A DNA stretch of 62,362 nucleotides, filler included, from an uncultured Myxococcia bacterium (GCA_964617105.1; 7 parts of 7 records of this genome joined end to end with filler, not necessarily neighbours in it); one strand, 5' to 3'; shown: positions 1 to 9,906, counted from the whole stretch's first letter. Notes: generated from the letters alone by a model not told the origin. Made by a program: numbers and translations.

Positions 1-1
1 A

Positions 2-754
2 GGTGCTAAACCGTTGGCAATCAGTGCTGGTTTTATTGTTGAAGAGGGGCTGGATATATCCAGGTTGGAGCAGGTGGTGATCTCCATGGCGGATGCTGCA
101 AAAGAGGCTGGAGTTACTATTGTTACCGGTGATTTCAAGGTGGTGGAGCGGGGCAAAGGAGATGGAATTTATATCAATACCTCGGGCATTGGTTTGATAG
201 ACCACCAGGAACCTATAAGCGGTTCTGCTTTAAGACCAGGCGATCTGGTGCTGCTCTCAGGCTCTATGGGTGAACATGGGGTGGCAGTGATGGCGGCCAG
301 AATGGATTTTCAAACCAGCGGCGAGATTAAAAGTGATCTGGCCTTTTTGTGGCCAGGTGTAGAGGCTCTGTTAAAAGCAGGAATAAATATACGTTGCTTG
401 CGGGATCCAACCCGGGGAGGGGTGGCCACCTCTATTAATGAAATGGCTTCAGCCTCCAAAGTTAAAATCGTGATCCAGGAAGATAAACTGCCCATTAGCC
501 AGGGCGCCTATAACTTATGTGAAATTCTGGGACTGGATCCGTTATATTCCCCCTGCGAAGGTAGATTTTTAGCGGTTGTGCCAGGTGATGAAGCAGAAAA
601 GGCCCTCCAACTGCTAAAAGAGGTGAGAGTTTCCCGCCAGGCATGCCAGATAGGCCAGGTGGAGGATGGAGAAGGGGTGTTTTTACAGACTTCTACTGGA
701 GGGCAGCGGCAGTTGTTGATGCTGGAGGGGGAGCAACTCCCCAGAATCTGTTAG
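2..754 (+). CDS. hypE: Hydrogenase maturation protein HypE (5' truncated by window edge)
   Basis: VTGDFKVVERGKGDGIYINTSGIG, LRDPTRGG and the diagnostic C-terminal GEQLPRIC. The frame is open to the window start (GAKPLAISAG). Confidence 0.96.
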   Translation, partial: GAKPLAISAGFIVEEGLDISRLEQVVISMADAAKEAGVTIVTGDFKVVERGKGDGIYINTSGIGLIDHQEPISGSALRPGDLVLLSGSMGEHGVAVMAARMDFQTSGEIKSDLAFLWPGVEALLKAGINIRCLRDPTRGGVATSINEMASASKVKIVIQEDKLPISQGAYNLCEILGLDPLYSPCEGRFLAVVPGDEAEKALQLLKEVRVSRQACQIGQVEDGEGVFLQTSTGGQRQLLMLEGEQLPRIC

Positions 755-755
755 C

Positions 756-798
756 CCGACGACGATAACGCCGTAGATGCACCATTCTCGTCGTCGGG
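756..798. terminator. GC-rich hairpin between convergent genes, possible bidirectional terminator
   Basis: CCCGACGACGA (756-766) pairs with TCGTCGTCGGG (788-798), directly after the hypE stop. No clear U-tract. Confidence 0.45.
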
Positions 799-853
799 GG
801 GCAAATTAGAGTGCCTAATGGTGGTTAGACACACCGCTCCCCTCGCCCTGACT

Positions 854-3800
854 TTAGATCACACAGCCAACCTCATACTCAACCTCAATCTTAGAACCGC
901 GGCGCGGTGCTGACTTGGTGTTGAAGATGATACTGTTGGTTTTGAGGTCAAAACTCCAGTTCACGTTTTCGTGCGAAACCTGGCCATCCACCTGCACCTT
1001 GATGCTGCCCGGTTTTGCCGGCCGGGTGAGGAAAAATTCCACTCGGATTCCAAAGGCCAGCCGCCCGATATCAGCCATCTCTTTACCCCAGTTGGATGAA
1101 CAGATGGAGCGGTAGAGCCCACCGGTTCTCTGGGCCACTTCTATATAGCGGTGCCCGGTTTTGGCAGATCCAGTGCTGCCGGTGCCCGATTTACAGTTTG
1201 GATCCGAGTCGTTTGGACCTTTCATGCCAACAATGACGTTGACATCCATCAGAGAGGTATTTCTAAACCCCTTGAGACTTTTAAAGAAGTTTATATAGAG
1301 ATCCACTGGTCCATCTGATTGATCTTCTTCATCGCTGAGACAGATGATCACTAGTTTGGCGTCTTTACGCATAAAACCGCCATTTTTAGTCGGGTCGTCA
1401 ATCATGGGGGTACTCAGGGCCATCTTGGAGGCTTGCAGTGCGGCCTCTTTGGCGTCTGAGCAGCAGGTGCCAACTTTGATATTTTTCGAAAAAGCACTTT
1501 TTTGATTAGGAGTTTGCGGAGTTATATATTTAGGATTACCAAACAGCCCGCCAGGCACCATATCCATGCCGGGGTGGCCTGATTTTTTGTCAGCTTGCTT
1601 AGTTTTATTAACTTCAGATGTGGTAACCCCGATGTGATAATCAACATTCACGGTAACTGCCTGTTGAATAAAGGTGTCGAAGTTTTTAGCCAGACTGTCT
1701 TGCTCCTCGCTCATAGAACCGGAGTTGTCCACTGCAAAGAGCACATCCACCTGGGGTCTCTCCAATTGGCTAAAAATATCCTTCTGGTTACCCGAGGTAA
1801 CCATTTTTCCCTTAAGAGGTATAGAGAGTTTAGGCTCATCCTTATCGGTATTTTCGATAATCAGCATCCCTCTGGACTCACGGCGATTTCCTTTGGGATT
1901 GTAGCGTAAGCAGATCTCAATAGAGTTACCAGGTGTGAGGTTAGCCGGAATGTTGGGCGCCTTAACGATATTGAAATCAGGATCAGAACTCTTGTCTATA
2001 TGAATTTTGGTTACCGACAAATTGGCGCTGCCGGTGTTGTAAATGTGGATACATTCCTGCATGGAGTTGCATCCCATGGTTACTTCACCAAAGTCCAGTT
2101 CCGCGGGGATAACTTCGATTTTTGACTGGATACACTGTCCGGTAAGTCCGATTACAAAAGTTCCCTTGGGAGGCGCAGGTGAACCCTTGGCCTGGTGATT
2201 AATGTCAGTAGTGCTGATCAGCACATTGTGGCTAAGTCCATCCGGGTTTCCATACTGGCCGAAATTTTTAGGCTTGAAACTAACATCTACGCTGGTTTTA
2301 CGGTTGGGCAGCAGAGTTAATGGCAGTTTGGGTATATTGGCAATCAAAAAGGTGGGGTCAGTGCTTTTGGCTAACTGAATAGTATCCACCTTGCAGTTGT
2401 CACTACCCTTATTGTGGATGCGGATGGTTTTAACTCTGGTAGAGCCCCGTTTGGTAGAACCAAAATTCAATATGCCATCGGCAAATTTTAATTTGTTGGA
2501 GGAGGGGTCGGTAACAATTGTGCAAACCGGGGGCACGCCGCCAGTAGCCACCAGGGTCAACACCACGTTGGCCCGTCCAGGATCGCTACTCCCCAGGGTT
2601 ATTTTGGATTCGTCACGCCCTTTGTCCACAGGTGCATATTTTACCCGCAATTCAATGCCATCACCAGATTTGAGCGACACCGGGGTCGTCACCTGGTTCA
2701 TAATACTAAACTCGCCAGAAGGGGTTGGCCCATCAATATCCTTGATGGTACAAGTCTCCTGGCCCACATTGGTTATATAGATCTCCTGGAAGGTGTAGCG
2801 CCGGGAGGCAACCTGGCCAAAATCTATCCGTTCTCCAGGGTTAATGGCCAACTCGCAAAAAGGTTTGTCAGTGGCATTTCCTTTAATTTGAATAATTCCC
2901 TGGCCATTGATGGGGTCGTTACTGTCTATTTTTAATTCTCCGGTGTCATTACCCAGGGCTTTAGGAGCATAGGTAATGGATATTTGCCGCATTTCGCCCG
3001 GCTGCAGCAGGGCTGGTAAAGAGGGCGGAGTGGTAAAATTGAAGTGGTTCCGGGTACCTGGATCCAGAACGGGCATCTGCACGTTCAAGGCTTTATATCC
3101 ACAGTTTTCCAGGGTTACCACTTTATCTTTCAAGGTGTTTAAGCGGACAAATCCAAAATCAAGAATAGGCAAAGGATCTGGACATATAGCCGGTGCATTG
3201 CCGATACCACTCAGTTCGATGTTAATGGGCCCCTCGTCAGGGTCATTGTTGTCCAGTAAGATGGTTCCATTATCGGTGCCACCGTTTTTAGGAGTATAAG
3301 TGACCTCAAAAAAGAGTTTTTTGCCGCTTTCCAACTCGGTGTTGTCGGGGATGGGATTTTTGATAGAAAATTCTTTTCCCAGGGTGTCTGTCACCATTTT
3401 TCTGATACTCAAAGGCCATTCACCGGTATTAGTTACACTGAACCGGACTGTCTGGGCGGTGCCAAGTTCCTGAACACCAAAGTCGTGAATCAGGCTTTTG
3501 AATGGTTCGGAGCATTTACGGCTCAAAGATTCAATACACAAATCCATTTCGGGCGTAACTCCATTGCCGTAAACTTTTATTTGCATCTGCGGCATTTCAG
3601 GATCATCACTGTAGAGCATGAATTCAGACTGTTGTTGCCCAAGAGTTTTGGGAATAAAAGAGAAGGTGACTTTTAGCGTTTTTTGAGGGGGGATCTCCTG
3701 GTTGCCTTTGGGGGTGAAATCAAACACCGGTTCTTCATCGGGTGCAGGTTGATTGACTGCTTTTACCTGAATATGCAGAGGCGCAGAGCCGCTGTTTGTC

Positions 3801-4036
3801 AAGGAGAGTTCAATATTTTTAGGATCCAAAAGTACCACATTGCCAAAATCCAAAACCAACCGTCGTTGATCATCTCCCTCAGGGGCTGGGTCAGTGGTAA
3901 GTTTGGCCTTGGTTACCACCAGTTCTTCATCTGGACTGCAACTGTTTACCATTGTCAGTGACATCAGCAAAGACAGCAAAATCAAGGCCGGAACGGCAAA
4001 TTTGAAGTATCTTTGATAGGTCATTATTTGCTCCAT
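854..4036 (-). CDS. Large lipoprotein with 6 ASH/choice-of-anchor-D Ig-like repeats and a C-terminal VWA domain (putative adhesin)
   Basis: Lipobox-like VNSC; six xDFG-x(13-15)-NxG...SxDP repeats; MIDAS motif DNSGS in DVLFAVDNSGSMSEEQ; SDEEDQS. Confidence 0.82.
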   Translation of the reverse strand: MEQIMTYQRYFKFAVPALILLSLLMSLTMVNSCSPDEELVVTKAKLTTDPAPEGDDQRRLVLDFGNVVLLDPKNIELSLTNSGSAPLHIQVKAVNQPAPDEEPVFDFTPKGNQEIPPQKTLKVTFSFIPKTLGQQQSEFMLYSDDPEMPQMQIKVYGNGVTPEMDLCIESLSRKCSEPFKSLIHDFGVQELGTAQTVRFSVTNTGEWPLSIRKMVTDTLGKEFSIKNPIPDNTELESGKKLFFEVTYTPKNGGTDNGTILLDNNDPDEGPINIELSGIGNAPAICPDPLPILDFGFVRLNTLKDKVVTLENCGYKALNVQMPVLDPGTRNHFNFTTPPSLPALLQPGEMRQISITYAPKALGNDTGELKIDSNDPINGQGIIQIKGNATDKPFCELAINPGERIDFGQVASRRYTFQEIYITNVGQETCTIKDIDGPTPSGEFSIMNQVTTPVSLKSGDGIELRVKYAPVDKGRDESKITLGSSDPGRANVVLTLVATGGVPPVCTIVTDPSSNKLKFADGILNFGSTKRGSTRVKTIRIHNKGSDNCKVDTIQLAKSTDPTFLIANIPKLPLTLLPNRKTSVDVSFKPKNFGQYGNPDGLSHNVLISTTDINHQAKGSPAPPKGTFVIGLTGQCIQSKIEVIPAELDFGEVTMGCNSMQECIHIYNTGSANLSVTKIHIDKSSDPDFNIVKAPNIPANLTPGNSIEICLRYNPKGNRRESRGMLIIENTDKDEPKLSIPLKGKMVTSGNQKDIFSQLERPQVDVLFAVDNSGSMSEEQDSLAKNFDTFIQQAVTVNVDYHIGVTTSEVNKTKQADKKSGHPGMDMVPGGLFGNPKYITPQTPNQKSAFSKNIKVGTCCSDAKEAALQASKMALSTPMIDDPTKNGGFMRKDAKLVIICLSDEEDQSDGPVDLYINFFKSLKGFRNTSLMDVNVIVGMKGPNDSDPNCKSGTGSTGSAKTGHRYIEVAQRTGGLYRSICSSNWGKEMADIGRLAFGIRVEFFLTRPAKPGSIKVQVDGQVSHENVNWSFDLKTNSIIFNTKSAPRRGSKIEVEYEVGCVI

Positions 4037-4040
4037 TTAA

Positions 4041-7000
4041 TTAGTTTTTATTACACGCTACATCATAACTAACCGACACTTTTGCTCCCTTGGGCGGGAT
4101 AGCGTGTGATTTAAATATGATACTGTTGGTATTTGGGTCATAGTCATAGTCTGTACCCATGGTCATGGGCTGGTTGTTCACCGTAACCTTGAGTGAACTG
4201 CTCACCGCCATCCTGGTCAGGATGAACTCGGTTTTAACTCCAAAGGTCAACACTCCCAGGTCGGCCAGATCTTTACCCCAGTTTGAGGAGCAGATAGAAC
4301 GTTTGAGCCCGCCGGTTTTATCCGCCACCTCAACATAGCGGGCTCCGACTTCGGCATGGGGAACGGATCCACTGGTGCATGATGGATCATTGGGTAAACC
4401 GCAGATAACCGAAACATCCATTAAACTGTCGTTTCTAAACCCTTTGATACTCTTGAAAAAGTCAATATAGAGGTCAACCGGTCCATTGGACTGGTCTTCT
4501 TCGTCAGAAACCATAATTATTGATAGTTTGGCGTCTTCTCGCAGAAAGCCTTTGTTTTTACCTTCGATAATCGGCATGGATAGAGCCATTTTAGCGGCCT
4601 GCAGACCCGCCTCCTGCTCATCGGAACAGCAGGTGCCGATCTTCACATTTTTTTGGAAAGCGCTTACCGGGTCGGAGTGGGATGAGTTAATAATAGTTGG
4701 ATCTCCCCACAGCACTCCAGGTTCGATATCCATGGAGTGGCCAGCAGCTTTGTCGGGAGACCTGGAATCATTGACTTCGGTGGAGATAACTCCCATTTGA
4801 AAGTCTACCGGAGTGGCAGCTTGTTGGGCTTCCTGCATAAACATGCTGAAGTTAGTGGCGATGGAACTTTGCTCATCACCCATAGAGCCGGAGTTGTCGA
4901 TTATAAACAACACATCCACCTTGGGTTTGTCCAATTGATCAAAGATATCCTTTTGGTGGGTTTCGGTGGTGCCTTTTCCTTTCATAGGCACCTTAACCTC
5001 TGGTTCGTTGCCATCATCGCTCTCAACCACCAAAAAGCCGCTGTCAGTACCATCCTTGGCGGGCTTATAGCGGACGCAGATTTCAGTGCTTTCTCCCCCT
5101 TTCAACTGAATGGGCAGTTTGGCCGCTTTGGTTATTCTAAATGGCGATCCTGGCGGTTCTACCCGTACGTTACTTATGGTCAGAATAGCATTACCAGTAT
5201 TGTAAATTTTAATACATTGGTCAGGGGAGTTGCAGTTCAGGGTAATGGTGCCGGCATCGATCTCATCGGGGATGATATCGATATCAGCCTCTACCGCCTG
5301 GCCCAGCAGGGCTACCACAAAGGTTCCTTTAGCCGGATTTACTGCGGTAGGACCGGTTTTTTTGTAGCGTGAGGTAAAATCTAGGTCATCGGTTATAATG
5401 TCTAGCCGGTGGAGGAGAAATTTAGAGGTAAGTCCAGTGCCCCCGGTTGCGCCGCCGAACACACCTTTGGTGGTGGGTTTGTACTGCACATCGATTTTGG
5501 CTTTTTGTCCGGGAGAGACTTTGACATTGCTGAACTGGGCCGGATTGGGAAGGGAATAGACTGGTGCACAGGCGCCGCTGGAGCCGCCTATGGTGCAGAT
5601 TAAACCAGAGGGCGGGGTATAGGTGGCGTTTTTAATGGTGCATTCAATGGTGCCGATATTTTTCAAAAATACCTGTTTTACCTTGGCTGTGTGTAGATTC
5701 ACCTGGCCAAAGTTTAACTCGCCATCGGTTTGAGAGATAGTAGAGGTGGAGGCAGGTTCCACCACAAATTTACAGATCGCTGTCGTTGAACCCTCTCCTT
5801 TTAATTTAATCTCCAGGTCGCTTTCAAAAGGGTCGTTACTCTTTACATGAAAAACCCCTTCATCGTAGTTGATATCAACTGGTTTATAAACCACCTCAAA
5901 GGTGTTGAATTGGCCCGGAGCAATGGTAAGGGGCAACTGGGGTTTTTTATCCAGGCTAAATTCTCCTGGTTTGGTGTTGGAGCCAGGGATTGGGTCGTCG
6001 ATGCCAGTAACCACGCAAGGTTTTTGGCCTACATTTACCACTTTCACTTCCCGGCGGCTTTCATAGTTGGGGGCTACCATACCGACATTGATCAGGCGAG
6101 GTATTACGTCTAAATCGCATTCAGTACTCTGTACTCCGTTGCCGCGAATGGAGATCACCCCTTCGGGAGCAGATGGATCGTTACTTTTAACACTCACAGA
6201 ACCATCATCTGGTCCCAGACTCTTTGGCCCATAGGTGACTTCCACCCCCAGTTTTTCTCCTGGTTTGAGAGTTTTGGGCATTTTGGACGGAGCACCTACT
6301 GAAAAATATTCCCGGCTGTTTTTAATCAATTTTATCTCGGTAATAGTCAGATCATCTTCAATGCCGCAATTTTCGAAAATAATTTTCTCTTTGGAGGCAG
6401 CGCCAACGGGCACATCGCCAAAATCGAGAACAGGAAGAGGATCGGGGCAGATTTTGGGACCTTTACCTTTAGCGGTAATCTCCAGCAACAGAGGACATTG
6501 GTCGCTGTCGATTATAATTATTCCCAAATCTTCGCCGCCATCTTTGGGGGAGTAACAGACCTCAAACTCCACCGATTCTTCGGGAGCGAGGGTAAGGTTG
6601 GCAATAGTGGGTTTGACGGTAAACTCCTGGGTGACTCCCAAATCCCGTTGAATACTGTGCAGAGCGATACTTTTTTCGGAACTGTTATTCACTGCTTTGT
6701 ATTTTGTGCACAGGGTTTCTGGCGGTGAGGAAGAGACGGTTTTATTCAAGGTTACTTTCAGGCTTTCCCCCATTTTGTTGCACTCGCCGCCGTCAACCGC
6801 ACAAACCTGTATATCAGGGGCCACCCCTTCACCTTTAAGATCAACGGTAAAAGGATTTTTATCAGAATTATTAGTAATGCTGATCGTTCCCTCATCAGTT
6901 CCCAGATTTTTAGGGGTATAAGAGACCAGCATGGGATGAAAATCTCGAGGTTCCAACTCCAGTTTTACGTCTTTTTCTACATCAGTGGAAAATTCAGCAT

Positions 7001-7265
7001 ATTCATCACCACTCTCTTCCACAGAAACACTGCCAATCTCTAACCTGGCGGTGCCGGTATTGGTGACTTTGGTAGCCAATTTTGCGGTTTTGCAAATATA
7101 AACTTGGCCAAAATCAAGAGCTTCAGCCTCGTTGTCATTCAGCGATAGTCCAATGCTGGGAGTGATCCCCACCAGGCCGCTTTCTTCATCATCGCAGTTG
7201 TAAACACTAAGGCATAAAAGGGAAAATGTAAGTGCAAATAAAAGATACTTGGTCCATCGTTTCAT
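4041..7265 (-). CDS. Paralogous ASH-repeat/VWA lipoprotein (start probably MKRW at 7265; the ORF extends to 7301)
   Basis: Lipobox-like VYNC; six Ig-like repeats; DVLFIIDNSGSMGDEQ. Shares PxICPDPLPxLDFG, KxGTCCSD and RSICSSNWGK with the downstream gene. Confidence 0.82.
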   Translation of the reverse strand: MKRWTKYLLFALTFSLLCLSVYNCDDEESGLVGITPSIGLSLNDNEAEALDFGQVYICKTAKLATKVTNTGTARLEIGSVSVEESGDEYAEFSTDVEKDVKLELEPRDFHPMLVSYTPKNLGTDEGTISITNNSDKNPFTVDLKGEGVAPDIQVCAVDGGECNKMGESLKVTLNKTVSSSPPETLCTKYKAVNNSSEKSIALHSIQRDLGVTQEFTVKPTIANLTLAPEESVEFEVCYSPKDGGEDLGIIIIDSDQCPLLLEITAKGKGPKICPDPLPVLDFGDVPVGAASKEKIIFENCGIEDDLTITEIKLIKNSREYFSVGAPSKMPKTLKPGEKLGVEVTYGPKSLGPDDGSVSVKSNDPSAPEGVISIRGNGVQSTECDLDVIPRLINVGMVAPNYESRREVKVVNVGQKPCVVTGIDDPIPGSNTKPGEFSLDKKPQLPLTIAPGQFNTFEVVYKPVDINYDEGVFHVKSNDPFESDLEIKLKGEGSTTAICKFVVEPASTSTISQTDGELNFGQVNLHTAKVKQVFLKNIGTIECTIKNATYTPPSGLICTIGGSSGACAPVYSLPNPAQFSNVKVSPGQKAKIDVQYKPTTKGVFGGATGGTGLTSKFLLHRLDIITDDLDFTSRYKKTGPTAVNPAKGTFVVALLGQAVEADIDIIPDEIDAGTITLNCNSPDQCIKIYNTGNAILTISNVRVEPPGSPFRITKAAKLPIQLKGGESTEICVRYKPAKDGTDSGFLVVESDDGNEPEVKVPMKGKGTTETHQKDIFDQLDKPKVDVLFIIDNSGSMGDEQSSIATNFSMFMQEAQQAATPVDFQMGVISTEVNDSRSPDKAAGHSMDIEPGVLWGDPTIINSSHSDPVSAFQKNVKIGTCCSDEQEAGLQAAKMALSMPIIEGKNKGFLREDAKLSIIMVSDEEDQSNGPVDLYIDFFKSIKGFRNDSLMDVSVICGLPNDPSCTSGSVPHAEVGARYVEVADKTGGLKRSICSSNWGKDLADLGVLTFGVKTEFILTRMAVSSSLKVTVNNQPMTMGTDYDYDPNTNSIIFKSHAIPPKGAKVSVSYDVACNKN

Positions 7266-7356
7266 AAGAGGCCCCTCTCTGAAGATGTTGAGTATAGGCA
7301 ATAAAAGTTCTATATTAATATATGTTCACCCAAAAATCAACCGATAATCTTGGCCC

Positions 7357-7402
7357 AGGCTTTCGACTTTGTGGCAAATTTCAACCTGGAGGTCTACCCG
7401 GG
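7357..7402 (-). repeat. Dispersed ~45-bp intergenic element, copy A
   Basis: Reverse complement CCCGGGTAGACCTCCAGGTTGAAATTTGCCACAAAGTCGAAAGCCT matches 31637-31681 at 39/46 positions, with a 19-bp exact core. Confidence 0.8.
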
Positions 7403-7484
7403 TGCCCTAATGACCGCTACCCGGAGATAAGCGCGCTTGGTGGCAGCAATCCAGTATCTATGTTCCGGGAAAGAGTAGGTGTTT

Positions 7485-8684
7485 TTATGGATGGATGGTC
7501 AGTTGTTTAGCCATTATCAATGTCCGGATGGTTTTTTCCACCTGAGGGTGGCTGAATTTTTCTTTTATTGTTTCAAGATCTGTTTTACCGTCAAACAGTT
7601 TTAACATATCTGGATCATGGCCCGACAGGTTTTCTATACGGTTCAACAGTTTTGGTTTAAAGGAATCTTGCAAATCGGGAATGAAAAAACCGGTTTTGGG
7701 TGGGTCTATTTCAGGTCCGCTGTGGGCAAAAAAAGCATATAAATTAGGCTCCAGGCCAAATTTTTTCTGAAAGTTATAATTATAGACCGCAAATCCGGCT
7801 GATACTCCCTCTCCCACTGCTTTAGCCACGCAAAAGGGCCCTCCAGTGATATCACCGGCGGCAAAAATACCTTCCTGATTGGTGGCCATCTGACGGTTTA
7901 CCTTGACAAAACCTGCTTCCATCTCCATCTCTGTTAAGAAATCGGCTGAATTGGTGCGAGCCATGTAGGATTCGAAATCTAAAATTAAAAAATCGGTGTC
8001 AATGGTCAATATTTGACCATCTACTTCCAGGTCAATGGTTTCTACCTGCTGCGAGCCATTTATCTTGACCATCCGCCCTATCCGGGCGCCGGATGGGAGA
8101 GAGTTGTGGTCAAAGGGAGGTTCTACAACCAATTGTGCTTCCATCCGGCCCTGGTTGATTTTTTGAAAAAAACTCCACAGTTTCAACACCGCCGGGCTGC
8201 CCAGAACCACCGCCCGTTTTCCAGCCTGGCGAAGGCAGAGATCCCTCAAACTATCTTCGATAAATTTATGATCCTTTAGAGTTGGGACCAACCCCTTGCC
8301 GATAAATTCCCTCTCATTGGCGCACATTTTCAAGCCGGTGCAAATAATCACCGATAGGCAGCGGTATCGTTTTTCTCCAACCTCCACCTCCCAAAAACCA
8401 CCTTTTTTCTCCAGCCGCCTGGCGTTGCTGTGTATAATCTCCACCGGAAAGGTGTTAAAATCCTGGCGAAAGAGATCTTCCAATTGACTGCCTACATATT
8501 GCCAACTGGGTGTTCCAACTATTACTGCTTTCCAATTGGATATCCCTCCTAAACCGTTTTTATCCACTATGGCTATATCAGAGGGTAGGCAGTAATAGGT
8601 GCGCAGCCACCGGGCCCTGATGGCGGCTGACATGCCCGCCGGCCCGCCGCCGATCACCATGGTATCAAAATCATATGGTTCCAT
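7485..8684 (-). CDS. FAD-dependent oxidoreductase, thioredoxin-reductase-like fold, atypical
   Basis: N-terminal VIGGGPAGMSAA and C-terminal TNQEGIFAAGDITGG...AVGEG. No CxxC and no clear second GxGxxA motif. Confidence 0.8.
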   Translation of the reverse strand: MEPYDFDTMVIGGGPAGMSAAIRARWLRTYYCLPSDIAIVDKNGLGGISNWKAVIVGTPSWQYVGSQLEDLFRQDFNTFPVEIIHSNARRLEKKGGFWEVEVGEKRYRCLSVIICTGLKMCANEREFIGKGLVPTLKDHKFIEDSLRDLCLRQAGKRAVVLGSPAVLKLWSFFQKINQGRMEAQLVVEPPFDHNSLPSGARIGRMVKINGSQQVETIDLEVDGQILTIDTDFLILDFESYMARTNSADFLTEMEMEAGFVKVNRQMATNQEGIFAAGDITGGPFCVAKAVGEGVSAGFAVYNYNFQKKFGLEPNLYAFFAHSGPEIDPPKTGFFIPDLQDSFKPKLLNRIENLSGHDPDMLKLFDGKTDLETIKEKFSHPQVEKTIRTLIMAKQLTIHP

Positions 8685-9174
8685 ATTTTGGCTCGAGAAT
8701 ATTTTTTAGCCCACCCTTTTCCAGCAAACTCAAATGATCATAAGAGGGCTTGACGACGGGATACTCAACCTGGTTAGTATTGTCCAGGATCAGATAATTT
8801 TCCAGGTCAATGGTGATGAAAGAACCGGTCTCCAGTTTGTCGTTCAGCCGCAAATTCGGCGTCTCTAAGGCAAGAATACCCTGGTTGGTCAGGTTTCTGA
8901 ACTGGATACGGGCAAATGACTCGGCAATAATCGCCGCCACTCCGTTTAGGTACGCTGCTTCGGAGGAGACCTCTCTGGAAGAGCCGCAACCGTAATTTAC
9001 TCCGGCTAAGATGATATCTCCGGATTGCATCTGTGGTTGAATTTGAGGATCATGGCCATATAGAAACCCCTGTTTGACCAACTCTTTATCTTCAACGCTG
9101 AAAAAACGGGCCGGATGGATAATCTCTGAATTGACGTTATCGCCCAGCACCCATATTCGTCCGGTATGCTTTCT
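8671..9174 (-). CDS. Isopropylmalate/homoaconitate dehydratase small subunit (LeuD/HacB type), 5' truncated at contig end
   Basis: GRIWVLGDNVNSEIIHPARF, GVNYGCGSSRE, AESFARIQFRNLTNQG. Confidence 0.88.
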   Translation of the reverse strand, partial: RKHTGRIWVLGDNVNSEIIHPARFFSVEDKELVKQGFLYGHDPQIQPQMQSGDIILAGVNYGCGSSREVSSEAAYLNGVAAIIAESFARIQFRNLTNQGILALETPNLRLNDKLETGSFITIDLENYLILDNTNQVEYPVVKPSYDHLSLLEKGGLKNILEPKYGTI

Positions 9175-9274
9175 NNNNNNNNNNNNNNNNNNNNNNNNNN
9201 NNNNNNNNNNNNNNNNNNTTAATTAATTAANNNNNNNNNNNNNNNNNNNNNNNNNNNNNNNNNNNNNNNNNNNN
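9175..9274. other. Artificial contig linker
   Basis: N44-TTAATTAATTAA-N44 six-frame stop spacer. Confidence 0.99.
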
Positions 9275-9486
9275 ATAAAAGATAATCCATTTGAATTGTT
9301 TACTGATAACCGAGGACATAAGGGCTGGAAAACTCGATTCCAAATAATGGAAGAGTAGTTCATCCTGTAACTTGTCTTTAGAATAAATGTGTCTTGTCTA
9401 CAAGATTATCCTTTCTAGTTTTTTCTACTAACAATCAAGTCGAATTATCGAAAACTATCCCTAACTTCACATCAGATAATAATAGA

Positions 9487-9506
9487 TTCGTCGAAATTTC
9501 GACGAA
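9487..9506. promoter_or_regulatory. Perfect 20-bp palindrome, candidate operator
   Basis: TTCGTCGAAATTTCGACGAA is its own reverse complement. It lies in AT-rich DNA ~200 bp upstream of the element's first rightward gene. Confidence 0.5.
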
Positions 9507-9702
9507 CCAATGTTCTTTTACACTGAATTAAAATTAAAAAATCTTCCATAAATAATCCTATAAAACTTGAAGGTTAACAATTGTAGAGGCTTTTTTTCCT
9601 CTTTTCAACCCCGCTAAATCGAAAATTCCCAATTAAGAAGTAAGTACCAAATTTATTAATGGCAGTTTACTTCTCATTTTGAGAACAGAAAGGGGAACAA
9701 TT

Positions 9703-9906
9703 ATGGAGTGGATCGAATGTATTGATTGCAAATCTAAAATTGCCAAACGGGGAAAAGGAATGGTTCTGCTTAAATACAAAACATTTCAATGTGTCGCTGT
9801 TGGGGGAAAAGTAATTATTACTTGCCGAAATTGCGGCACTATCCAGGAAATCAAAGCGAAAACAGATCAAACGAAGGTTGGAGGCCTCGCGATAACTAGA
9901 AAATAA
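9703..9906 (+). CDS. Small zinc-ribbon protein, Mu Com-like
   Basis: 67 aa from ATG 9703 (SD AAGGGG upstream); IECIDCKSKIAK ... ITCRNCGTIQEI, two CxxC pairs, basic. Confidence 0.65.
   Translation: MEWIECIDCKSKIAKRGKGMVLLKYKTFQCVAVGGKVIITCRNCGTIQEIKAKTDQTKVGGLAITRK

Noticed and set aside
755-853. GC-rich intergenic segment as a tRNA or riboswitch
   Set aside because: No cloverleaf, T-loop or aptamer consensus on either strand; only a simple hairpin is supported.
915-6921. Numerous antisense and alternative-frame ORFs in the track, here and throughout the window
   Set aside because: Shadows of long genuine genes on the opposite strand, with no independent motifs.
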